A stretch of DNA of 13,979 bases from a virus (lineage: Duplodnaviria > Heunggongvirae > Uroviricota > Caudoviricetes), in the IMG/VR virus record IMGVR_UViG_2737471865_000007. The stretch is one strand, 5' to 3'. Under the pieces are notes generated by a model. That model saw only the letters and a program-made list of their open reading frames with translations. It was not told the DNA's origin and made no database searches. The position numbers and the translations under genes are program-made. Shown here in pieces: positions 1-7,786 of the stretch; position 1 is the stretch's first letter, and every line of letters starts with the position of its first letter.

Positions 1-2
1 TA

Positions 3-212
3 ATGTGGAATTGCGGGATGAATATTGAAGAGATAGCAAAAGAATTAAAAGTAACCTGCTTTCATGTCTGGGGCTTGTTGAGTGAAATCCTGCCACGTAA
101 GGAGCTTAATCAACGTTTGCCTAAGCCCGGTAGTCGTGCTTATCGCGAATTTATATTCATCTACCGCCGCCATAGAAATAAAGTCCAGAAAGCAATGGCC
201 CAGAAAGCCTAA
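3..212 (+). CDS. Hypothetical small protein (69 aa), possible helix-turn-helix DNA-binding protein
   Basis: ORF from six-frame track; ATG overlaps an upstream in-window TAA (TAATG at 1-5), suggesting translational coupling to a gene ending at the window edge; segment NIEEIAKELKVT resembles an HTH. RBS not visible because of the window edge. Confidence 0.4.
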   Translation: MWNCGMNIEEIAKELKVTCFHVWGLLSEILPRKELNQRLPKPGSRAYREFIFIYRRHRNKVQKAMAQKA

Positions 213-320
213 GTTTTATCTCTTCGATTTATTTATTTTCGACTCACTTTAACACCCTCGAGACGAGGGCTACTTGCACGAGTTTAACCCCTTCCGGGGC
301 TCTAATTTAAGGAATTCCAA

Positions 321-764
321 ATGTCTCAAATCGCTAAATTATTATCCCAGGTTATCAAAGCTATCGACGCTGAAGATTCAAAAGTTCGCCAGGATCTTTT
401 AGATGGCAAGTTTACCAACACCCTGGCATTTACCCGTGACAAAGAGCACTTCTTAAAACACAGACACCACGCTTTTGCTGAATGCAAGTCCGCTAATGGT
501 GATGTTTTCTATGTCGATTTGGTGGTTATGGCATGTAGGCTGTGGATGATTCAGGACCTTATGCGCCAACACGGTGATGATCCTCTTATCAGCATGTGGA
601 ACAGCGCCCAGGATGGCTTTGTGATTGCTGCCTTATCCAAATCAATGATTGAGGCAGAAGGGGCAAGCCTTCAGAACATGGCAGATCTCTTTGAAATAAG
701 CGTAGGAATGATGCAGACCATGCTCCAAGCTGTCAAACCTCTCAAACTGGTTAGTCTTGATTAA
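321..764 (+). CDS. Hypothetical protein (147 aa)
   Basis: ATG at 321 preceded by AAGGA (311-315); no overlapping stronger ORF; no motif I can assign. Confidence 0.55.
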   Translation: MSQIAKLLSQVIKAIDAEDSKVRQDLLDGKFTNTLAFTRDKEHFLKHRHHAFAECKSANGDVFYVDLVVMACRLWMIQDLMRQHGDDPLISMWNSAQDGFVIAALSKSMIEAEGASLQNMADLFEISVGMMQTMLQAVKPLKLVSLD

Positions 765-818
765 GCTATTGATAAATAAGCACTCCCCATTTTTTGGGGG
801 GTGCATCAATGAGAGGAT

Positions 819-1208
819 ATGCCTATGAATATTGAAGAAATGATAGTTGAATTCGAAGAGGGTGATTTCCTGGAAGAAGGGGAGTTTAAATACTCCCGTT
901 TTAAACAGGCGTTATTTAGCAGCGATGATAAACCCCACGTTAGTGATCTTAATGATGATGATTTATGTCGCTTGGTGTGCACCCGCTTATATGAAGATGG
1001 AAAGTATACAGGCCAAAACTTTCCAAATCTCTATTTCAAAGCACAAACATTTGAGGAAGGGCAAAGAGTGAAAAACCTGGTCGATAAAATGCTGTCAGCC
1101 GGATATTTGCATAAAGAATTATTAAATCCTAAAGCTGAAAGCAAGCGCCATTATATTTTTGTGTGGACTATTGGCGATAAGTGTCCACTAAGACGCAAAG
1201 GCAAATGA
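819..1208 (+). CDS. Hypothetical acidic protein (129 aa); position and acidity compatible with a tail assembly chaperone
   Basis: ORF directly upstream of the tape-measure gene; strongly acidic N-terminal half (EEMIVEFEEGDFLEEGEF). Function is positional inference only. Confidence 0.5.
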   Translation: MPMNIEEMIVEFEEGDFLEEGEFKYSRFKQALFSSDDKPHVSDLNDDDLCRLVCTRLYEDGKYTGQNFPNLYFKAQTFEEGQRVKNLVDKMLSAGYLHKELLNPKAESKRHYIFVWTIGDKCPLRRKGK

Positions 1209-1209
1209 T

Positions 1210-1446
1210 ATGAATACCTACGAAAAGATTTATCAAAAACTGGTTAAGGACTCCGAAGAGATACCCGAAGTGGTGACAATAGGTCACCTGCCAGAGGCAG
1301 CGAAAGAGAGGTCCACCATTATTAAAAGTGGCTCCCACACAGAAGGCCTCTCAATCGAAGAGCTTGCGGAGAAATATAATATTGATAAAGAGGCCCTGAA
1401 AAGGGCTATTTCATTATCAAAATCTTTAAGACAGGGCGAGGTATAA
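1210..1446 (+). CDS. Hypothetical protein (78 aa) with HTH-like segment
   Basis: Start overlaps upstream stop (TGATATG at 1206-1212); its stop TAA (1444-1446) is 1 nt before the ATG of the next gene, indicating a tightly coupled operon. Confidence 0.45.
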   Translation: MNTYEKIYQKLVKDSEEIPEVVTIGHLPEAAKERSTIIKSGSHTEGLSIEELAEKYNIDKEALKRAISLSKSLRQGEV

Positions 1447-1447
1447 A

Positions 1448-3568
1448 ATGGCAATGAAGGAAGTCGCCAAGCTAACAAACGTTATTTACTGGGACTCTGA
1501 TAAATCCTCCTGGCGAAAAGAAGTTAAACGGCTTGAGGATTATAAAAAATCCTGGAAGAAAGCTACCGACGATATAGCTAAAGCGGATTTTAAATCGAAT
1601 CAGGCTGTGCTCAGAACACAAAGAACACGCGCTAAGGTGGAAGAGCAGATTGCCAGAGCTCAGAGGAAACAACAGGAAGCACAGAAGAAACAACGTGCTC
1701 AGGCTGTCAGCCGTCTGACCGGGGGCAATAATCCGGAGCTCTCCTCTATGCGCAAGTTCTATCAGCAGCAAGCCAGAGAGGCCGCCAGACAACAAAAACT
1801 GTTAGATCGTAGTGTTGGAGATGTTCAGCACAGAAAAGCACGTGTAGGGGCCAACAGTGCACGAATCAGCAGCATGTTTGATGGCTCCCTGGTTGCTCAG
1901 TTCCAAAGCAGAATCCAGAGAGTTAATGCTGATTATGCTAAAGGGGCTATTAACCTGCAGACCTATAATCAGAAAATGGCTCGGCTCAGGGCTGAAATGA
2001 AGATGGCAACAGCTGAAGCCGGAAAATTCCAGAGCAGACTGGACAGAGTGAATGGCAACCTGGGGAAACTGAATTCCACACTAGGCAAGATAGCCATTGG
2101 CCTGACTGCCGCTGGCTGGGGTGTTCAGCGTGCTGTTAGTAGTGCTATGAGTGCTCAATCTGACCATAACTCAGCCTATTATGGTTTGCTTGCTCAGAAC
2201 AAGGATGATAAAGCCAAGACTGACCAGCAGATGGCTTTTATCGAGAACACAGCCAACACCTACGGTATGGATCAGCGTGAGATGGAGGGTGGCTATATGC
2301 GTTTTGCTGCCGCTACTCCCACCATGAAGGAATCTGATAAGCAGGCTCTCTTTGAGGCTATGGCTATTAAAGGCCGCTCAGTGGGTGCTACTGGCGAGCA
2401 ACAGAACAGGGCGCTTGTCGCTATTCAGCAAATGGCTGGAAAAAATCGCGTGATGGCAGAAGAGCTGCGGGGCCAGCTGTCAGAAGCCTTTGCAGGCTCT
2501 CAGCAGGACTTCCAACAGGCCGCTATTGATGCCGGAATCATCAAGAATGCCCAGGAATTCGATAAGGCCATGAAAGATGGCAAAATCACCCTGGACAAGC
2601 TACTTCCTTCTTTGGTGAAAATCTGGGGTGCTGCAAAAGAAACTGACGCTTTTGCGAAATCTATGCAACAGCCGGAAGTGGCATTGCAAAGAATGAGCAA
2701 CCAGTTTTTTAAACTAAAACAATCCTTTATGGGTGTTGTGGATCCTGCGGATGGCGTCATTACCCTGTCAGAATCCCTTATTTATATCTTTGAAGATTTA
2801 TCCTCAATTTTCAGTAGCTCAGGTGAAGATGCCAAATCTCTCGGAGTTATGTTAGGCGAGGCAATGCATGAAATTTATTTTTGGGTTAACTGGGCTTGGT
2901 GGTGGACTAAGAAGATCGCTAAAGGCATTGGTGAGACGTTAGGCTGGACCGCACAGGATGCAGGCGAGAAGATTGGCCAGGTTGTGACCGCCCTGTTAGG
3001 CCTGAAGGTTGCAACAAGCATTGCTGGCATGGTTGGCGGCCTTATTTCCATGCTGTGGAAACTTAAAGCGGCGCTTAGTGCTTTAGTCGGTGTTGGTGAT
3101 ATCAGCACTGGAGGCACAGCAGGTAAAGGCAGACCAGGTAGAGGCGGCTTTATCGGGAAAGCAGGCAGACTTGGAGGAAGATTTGCAGGTCCGGCAGGGA
3201 TTGTTTTGACAGGATTTGACATTGCAAATAGCTTAGATTCCTACTGGCAGAATCCTGATAATCAGCGGCAGGAAGGAGCTAAACATCCTGAATGGTTAAC
3301 CAGTATGGTTAATAGTGCTTCCAGCTTCCTCGGACTTGATTATCGTCTCGATGCAGGACGCTACATTACCAGACCAACACCAACGGGTGGTATTGCTATT
3401 CAGAATGGAGGCTATCAGCCGACTCAAATCAGTGTAGTTCCGCAGGGTGAGATTTCCGGCAAATGGGAGATAACTATTGATGAGGGGGGAATTGCCAGGG
3501 TGATTCAGAAGGAAGTCAGCGATCAGTTGGATTGGAAAGCCACACAGGAATCTAACCAGCTTTTCTAA
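1448..3568 (+). CDS. Phage tail tape-measure-domain protein (706 aa)
   Basis: N-terminal K/R/Q/E-rich coiled-coil region, central segment matching the tape-measure domain signature as I recall it (NRALVAIQQMAGKNRVMAEELRGQLSEAF), C-terminal glycine-rich hydrophobic segments; GAGG 6 nt upstream of ATG. Confidence 0.75.
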   Translation: MAMKEVAKLTNVIYWDSDKSSWRKEVKRLEDYKKSWKKATDDIAKADFKSNQAVLRTQRTRAKVEEQIARAQRKQQEAQKKQRAQAVSRLTGGNNPELSSMRKFYQQQAREAARQQKLLDRSVGDVQHRKARVGANSARISSMFDGSLVAQFQSRIQRVNADYAKGAINLQTYNQKMARLRAEMKMATAEAGKFQSRLDRVNGNLGKLNSTLGKIAIGLTAAGWGVQRAVSSAMSAQSDHNSAYYGLLAQNKDDKAKTDQQMAFIENTANTYGMDQREMEGGYMRFAAATPTMKESDKQALFEAMAIKGRSVGATGEQQNRALVAIQQMAGKNRVMAEELRGQLSEAFAGSQQDFQQAAIDAGIIKNAQEFDKAMKDGKITLDKLLPSLVKIWGAAKETDAFAKSMQQPEVALQRMSNQFFKLKQSFMGVVDPADGVITLSESLIYIFEDLSSIFSSSGEDAKSLGVMLGEAMHEIYFWVNWAWWWTKKIAKGIGETLGWTAQDAGEKIGQVVTALLGLKVATSIAGMVGGLISMLWKLKAALSALVGVGDISTGGTAGKGRPGRGGFIGKAGRLGGRFAGPAGIVLTGFDIANSLDSYWQNPDNQRQEGAKHPEWLTSMVNSASSFLGLDYRLDAGRYITRPTPTGGIAIQNGGYQPTQISVVPQGEISGKWEITIDEGGIARVIQKEVSDQLDWKATQESNQLF

Positions 3569-3675
3569 TGTCCACTCTGTGGATTTGAGTTCTACTCAAA
3601 CCTGCATAGCAGGCACTGATATTGTGATCAAAATCAATAAGTTAGCCTGACCGGATAAACTCCAGGCAAGAAAAA

Positions 3676-3701
3676 AGCCCCTAAGTGTTAACAAAGGGGC
3701 T
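3676..3701 (-). terminator. Intrinsic terminator for the leftward (minus-strand) operon
   Basis: 7-bp stem AGCCCCT/AGGGGCT (3676-3682 / 3695-3701) with 12-nt loop; on the minus strand the stem is followed by UUUUUCUU (plus 3675-3668). On the plus strand the downstream tract is not U-rich. Confidence 0.5.
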
Positions 3702-3731
3702 CTTCTCCGGTATCCTTTTGATGCGGGGCAA

Positions 3732-3779
3732 AACCTGCTAACAAAAATCAACCTCTCGCGAGACTAATGTTAGCAGGTT
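3732..3779. repeat. 12-bp perfect inverted repeat (AACCTGCTAACA / TGTTAGCAGGTT) flanking a 24-bp spacer that contains the palindrome TCTCGCGAGA
   Basis: Read directly from sequence; spacer carries a variant (TCAACCTCTCGCGAG) of the 15-nt motif found upstream of two genes at 8049 and 8568. Confidence 0.6.
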
Positions 3780-4120
3780 GCCGGAAGGTAAGTCAACTCC
3801 GGCCTATAAACCTTAAAGCGACTATAAAATCGCCCCGCCAATTGTGATGATCCGACCTTTGAGGCGGGTCCGGTGCCCAGGGGGTGCAGTGATGCACAAA
3901 CCAGGCAACGATAAACAGGCTAACAGTGATAGCGGCGCTCAATCAGCGCACTAAATCCTAACCAGTCCGGGAAAGAGGCTGGCTCTATCGACCGCTCATG
4001 CACGGGACAATGCATACCTGATAAAGGATTCTCACAAGGGACCAATCGCGAGAAAAGAAGTGGAAAGGGGCTGATTTGTGGTGTATCACTACGGCCTCAA
4101 AAGAACACTATTACCTTTTT

Positions 4121-4573
4121 TCAGCCTCTACCTACATTTGACCAATACTTGATTGCACCGATCAAATCATCATAGTGGCGCATTGCATCATTGAAGCCTT
4201 TATAGCTTGCCCATTGTGGTGAAACCTTGTTATTGCTGAATTGCCCACTAATCAGGATAGTCTCCAAAATGTCGGCATATCGCTTGCCAATTCGCTTTCT
4301 GACGGCCTCAGAGCTTCCACCCTTTACGATTGCATTAATCAGGGCTTTTGTGTGTCTCAGGCTCTCATAGAGCATTGCAGCGTGGGCAGATTCCATAAAG
4401 GAGCGCTTAGGCAAATCACCCCACCCCTCAGAGTGGATAGCCGCCAGTGTGGCGTAATTCAGGCCGCTATAGTGCTTTCCGTCATCCCAGCCAACCGCTA
4501 CACCTTCCATCTGTGAGAGCTCTTTATGCAGCTTATCCATCATGCGCTTGTCTATGGTGCAACGGACTTTCAT
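4121..4573 (-). CDS. Hypothetical protein (150 aa)
   Basis: ATG overlaps stop of upstream gene (ATGA overlap at 4573-4570), implying translational coupling; no assignable motif. Confidence 0.55.
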   Translation of the reverse strand: MKVRCTIDKRMMDKLHKELSQMEGVAVGWDDGKHYSGLNYATLAAIHSEGWGDLPKRSFMESAHAAMLYESLRHTKALINAIVKGGSSEAVRKRIGKRYADILETILISGQFSNNKVSPQWASYKGFNDAMRHYDDLIGAIKYWSNVGRG

Positions 4574-5346
4574 TTTGTAGCATCCTTGGCAAATTTGGCT
4601 TGCCTTTGCTGATCATAAATGTCTTTTGTGCTCATAGCCCCATCATTTTCATCGAGCAAAGTTTGTAAATTTTTAGGCTTAGCCGATGGGGTGTTGGTTG
4701 AGTTCCCGACGTTGCTATTCTTCTCAGCACTGTTAACAGCACCCTTTTGCTGTGTTTTGTTCACCTTCTTACTGTTAGTGAAAACTCCGGCATTTTCGAC
4801 CATCTTCACCTTGAAGGTGCGGAATTCTTCAAAAGTGCAATCAATAGTGATGCAGTCACCAGAGGAAGAGCTACGCTTAACTTCACATTTCGTCATGATG
4901 AAGTTCTCAAGAAGTCCGGCATCTTCACTAACCAGGCTAACCAGCTGGCGCTTGTCTCTCATTTCCATAAGAGCACGCACAGCGGCGGCAGGGCGCATTG
5001 ATTCAAGGGGATTATCTGGATCAGTGTTCCGGTCGATGTAGTTCTCTTTCCGGATGATATGAGGGGAAGAGGTAATAATCCCTGTAAAGCTGACAGATTT
5101 ATCTTTAATGACGGCATGGTCTGACATGGTGGTGCCATCCTCGACCGCATAGCTCGATTTCTCGACAGGGAACGAATAGCTGACATCAGAGATTGAGTCA
5201 AAGAAGATAGCCACGTTATCGGTATAGTTGAAGCCATCCATTATATTTTTGTTTTGTGAATATCCCCCACACATAACAGTGAATGCAGGAGATCTCGACT
5301 CAGCTTGTTTTGCAGCTGTCAGAGCATCACTAGCCATATTAAACAT
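4570..5346 (-). CDS. Hypothetical protein (about 259 aa; start ambiguous between 5364 GTG, 5346 ATG and 5337 ATG)
   Basis: ORF in six-frame track; GGAGG (complement of 5348-5352) lies upstream of the ATG at 5337; low-complexity K/N/S/T-rich C-terminus. Confidence 0.5.
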   Translation of the reverse strand: MFNMASDALTAAKQAESRSPAFTVMCGGYSQNKNIMDGFNYTDNVAIFFDSISDVSYSFPVEKSSYAVEDGTTMSDHAVIKDKSVSFTGIITSSPHIIRKENYIDRNTDPDNPLESMRPAAAVRALMEMRDKRQLVSLVSEDAGLLENFIMTKCEVKRSSSSGDCITIDCTFEEFRTFKVKMVENAGVFTNSKKVNKTQQKGAVNSAEKNSNVGNSTNTPSAKPKNLQTLLDENDGAMSTKDIYDQQRQAKFAKDATK

Positions 5347-5496
5347 GCCTCCAAATTGGTCCACTTCATGGATTTGGCTAAAGCCAAACCTGCAAAAGAT
5401 GCAGGCAAAATAGAACTTATCGTTGCCCTGCTTAAAATCTGCAGAAAATACAGGGCAGTTATTCGTTAGAATCGCTTATAGCTCTTCCCGAGAGCG

Positions 5497-5748
5497 TTAT
5501 TTTGCAAAACGATTATGGGCATTCAGGGCTTTTTTGCGGTCCTGGGCTTGTTTGCGTGCAATAAAATGTTCGAAAGTCTCGGCCCAGGTGCATTTATTAT
5601 ATTCACGGTATTTATGCATAGCCTGGCGGCTAACGTCATAGCAGGCGGCAAATGTGGAGATACGCAGGAATTCCGGCAGATCCTCGTCATCGATATGGAT
5701 AATATCAAAAGGCACGTCATCACGGTCGCCGTATAAAACAATTTTCAT
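5497..5748 (-). CDS. Small protein (83 aa) with HTH-like segment (possible DNA-binding regulator)
   Basis: ATG at 5748-5746 preceded by GAGGTG (complement of 5755-5760) with 6-nt spacer; segment AACYDVSRQAMHKYREY is HTH-like. The six-frame track extends the ORF to a GTG at 5757. Confidence 0.5.
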   Translation of the reverse strand: MKIVLYGDRDDVPFDIIHIDDEDLPEFLRISTFAACYDVSRQAMHKYREYNKCTWAETFEHFIARKQAQDRKKALNAHNRFAK

Positions 5749-5777
5749 AAAAGACACCTCAAAAACTTAAGACGGGG

Positions 5778-5806
5778 ATTATGAGTCCTTCCAGGACCTT
5801 AGCTAA
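5778..5806 (-). promoter_or_regulatory. Candidate weak promoter for the three-gene cassette 5748-4121
   Basis: Minus-strand CATAAT (complement of 5778-5783) with a poor -35 (TTAGCT) at 17-nt spacing, between the capsid terminator and the 83-aa gene. Confidence 0.25.
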
Positions 5807-5834
5807 AGCTAAGCCCTTTGGGTCTGTGGATAAC

Positions 5835-5890
5835 AAAAAAGGGAAGAGGGAAAGACCTATCCCCGATCTCTCACCTCTTCCCTTTGCTTT
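5835..5890 (-). terminator. Intrinsic terminator immediately after the major capsid gene (hairpin could act in both directions)
   Basis: 9-bp stem GGGAAGAGG/CCTCTTCCC (5841-5849 / 5874-5882) with 24-nt loop; on the minus strand it is followed by UUUUUU (plus 5840-5835); on the plus strand by TTTGCTTTT. Confidence 0.6.
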
Positions 5891-6921
5891 TATTTAGCCT
5901 TGGCAGCGGCGGCGGTGTTTTTAACACTCACTTTAACCACAACTTCAGGCATCATGTTCATGAAAGCATAAGAGGATTCAACGAAGATTTCGCGTTTGCC
6001 TCTGGACTCTTCCATATACATGAAAGCTTCACGTGCAGCGCCGTTTGCCAGCTTCAGGTTGCGAGCGCAAGGGCCGAAAAATTGAGTATAAACGCCCACC
6101 ATATCGCCTAACGCATGCGGCTGGAACTGTGGGACTAGATAAGCAGTATTCTCTGGCAGACTATCCATTTGCACCACACGCAGAGCTAAGCCCGGAATGC
6201 GGAAGGTCGGGAAGCCCGGCAGAATATCCTCGGGGAACATCAGACCTTTGTCGGTAATATTCTGATTGCCGAACAACAGCACTTTTCTCAACAGTTCATC
6301 AGTCTGAATTGCAGCAAAGAGTTCAGCACGGCAGAACAGGGTGAAACCACGCAGAGCGCGAACAACACCACGCTGTTTAACCTTGCTCAGTGCAACCAGG
6401 TCCTGCAGCTGTTTAAGGATATCTTTAGCTAAATCCACTTCGGAAGTAGTTTGTTGTGCGCCCAGCAGTTCGCACACATTCAGTTCTTTACCCTTGGTGA
6501 GGATAATTTTGTTCTCAAAGAGAGCAAGCTGGCGTGCTTCTTCGTGGGTCTGGCGTAAGCCTTCGCCCAGTTGAATAACACGACGAGCGGTTACAGACTC
6601 TAAATTCTCTTCGGAATCTTTGCCAGGAACACGAATACCCTGCCAGTCAGAAGGATAAATAGCACTTGATGCGGCAGTGAACGCCATATCACCCGTGCCC
6701 GTTTCACGCTCATCTGCGGTAATGGTCGCCATCTGTTCACCGTAGCGCGGATACTGACCGAAAGCGGTTTGTTTCACCTGGCGAACTTTGTCATATTCAA
6801 ATTTAAAGGTATTGCACAGAGCAGTAGTGTTGAAGATATCCATTGCTGAAATAATCTGGTTATCCAGCGGGATGTCTTTAATCAAGCCACACAGATCGCG
6901 GACTTCGAATTCTTTTTTCAT
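5890..6921 (-). CDS. Major capsid protein, lambda gpE-like family
   Basis: Segment ARRVIQLGEGLRQTHEEARQLALFENKIILTKGKE parallels the lambda E region RRRIIMQNMRDEELAIAQVEEMQAVSAVLKGK; length about 343 aa matches the family; ATG at 6921 preceded by AAGGAGG (complement of 6928-6934) with 6-nt spacer. The track's TTG start at 6927 is less likely. Confidence 0.8.
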   Translation of the reverse strand: MKKEFEVRDLCGLIKDIPLDNQIISAMDIFNTTALCNTFKFEYDKVRQVKQTAFGQYPRYGEQMATITADERETGTGDMAFTAASSAIYPSDWQGIRVPGKDSEENLESVTARRVIQLGEGLRQTHEEARQLALFENKIILTKGKELNVCELLGAQQTTSEVDLAKDILKQLQDLVALSKVKQRGVVRALRGFTLFCRAELFAAIQTDELLRKVLLFGNQNITDKGLMFPEDILPGFPTFRIPGLALRVVQMDSLPENTAYLVPQFQPHALGDMVGVYTQFFGPCARNLKLANGAAREAFMYMEESRGKREIFVESSYAFMNMMPEVVVKVSVKNTAAAAKAK

Positions 6922-6932
6922 CTCCAACCTCC

Positions 6933-7268
6933 TTATTGTGCAATTCGCAAATCGCCATTGCTGGCAGCGATAACAGCGGCTAAGCCTTCTTTATCCACGT
7001 AGGCCGGATTGATGTAGCAACCTTTGTTGGCAACAACGATAAAAGCATCACCAACCTCAGCACGTTCTACAACCAGCAGCGGAGTTTTATCTGTGTGCGT
7101 TGCTTTAACGAAGGTCTCAACCTCGCCAGCCTCAGTCACCACAACAACAGTGCCAGCCGGAATCTCAGCCTTAACTTTGTTTTTAACTTCAACGTCGCGA
7201 ATACTAAATTGCTCATCTGCGGCGTATGAAATGATGTGTCCGCGTGTGCGGATAGTCATATCTCTCAT
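6933..7268 (-). CDS. Head decoration-like small capsid protein (111 aa)
   Basis: About 110-aa ORF immediately upstream of and coupled to the E-like capsid gene, which is the canonical position of a decoration/D-like protein; AGGTGA upstream of the ATG. Assignment is positional and by size, not by strong motif. Confidence 0.55.
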   Translation of the reverse strand: MRDMTIRTRGHIISYAADEQFSIRDVEVKNKVKAEIPAGTVVVVTEAGEVETFVKATHTDKTPLLVVERAEVGDAFIVVANKGCYINPAYVDKEGLAAVIAASNGDLRIAQ

Positions 7269-7749
7269 TTGATCACCTGCGATTTAAATTAACTCCCCTC
7301 AAAGGGCTCAGGTATAACCTCTCAAACCACGACAGGCTCGGGCCGAAAAGTTATGCCGGAAATCTAAAGGGGGATTGATATAAGGAGAGGGAGATAGCCC
7401 CGCACCGTCCAAGCGGGGGCTATTCCACATGGGGAAACCGACAACAGTCGGATGATAGTTCACAGTATGGTTACGGTTACTAGAGAGCACTATCACGAAA
7501 GGCACTCCCCCGAATCAGTTCAGGCTGCGGTCACATCAGCGGGGAAATACCTTTCGGGATAGCTACCCACACAGAAAACCCGCAAAAGAAAACTGTGTGG
7601 ATAACTAGCCCTGTAGGGAGAATAAGGAGAATTAATCGACCACTCAACGATGATCAGGGTAGTGTTATTTATAAGGCGGCACCGCTACCTGGTCGCCTTT
7701 ACTTTGGAGGAAAATACGGCAAATCACCTTCGCTAAATGATTCACGGTA

Positions 7750-7786
7750 TACTGTATATTGTATCAGTATTCTCTCAAATTGTCAA
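7750..7786 (-). promoter_or_regulatory. Near-consensus sigma70 promoter (leftward) overlapped by a LexA/SOS box
   Basis: Minus strand TTGACA (complement of 7781-7786), 17-nt spacer, TACAAT (complement of 7758-7763). Plus-strand 20-mer TACTGTATATTGTATCAGTA (7750-7769) fits the LexA consensus TACTGTATATATATACAGTA at the conserved CTG-N10-CAG and flanks. Confidence 0.55.

Noticed and set aside
819-1446. Possible G/GT-type programmed frameshift joining the 129-aa and 78-aa ORFs upstream of the tape-measure gene
   Set aside because: The downstream ORF is in the +1 frame, its frame is open only from 1192, and there is no slippery heptamer near the junction; a stop-start overlap (TGATATG) is the simpler explanation.
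1284-3222. Minus-strand ORFs 1284-1478, 1472-1795, 2500-2760 and 2875-3222
   Set aside because: They lie entirely inside, and antisense to, the well-supported plus-strand genes including the tape-measure gene, and have no ribosome-binding sites; likely frame artefacts.
4241-5041. Plus-strand ORFs 4241-4516, 4447-4668, 4619-5041 and 4747-5001
   Set aside because: Antisense to the coupled minus-strand genes 4121-5346, which have ribosome-binding sites and a stop-start overlap; no independent support.
5228-5741. ORFs 5228-5413 and 5423-5641 (+), 5515-5736 (+) and 5523-5741 (-) around the 83-aa gene
   Set aside because: They overlap the 5497-5748 gene and its upstream region in other frames, with no ribosome-binding site; the GAGGTG-ATG gene is preferred.
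5818-7272. Plus-strand ORFs 5818-6111, 6033-6257, 6341-6574, 6788-6973 and 7024-7272
   Set aside because: Antisense to, or spanning the terminator of, the capsid and decoration genes, which have clear family resemblance and ribosome-binding sites.
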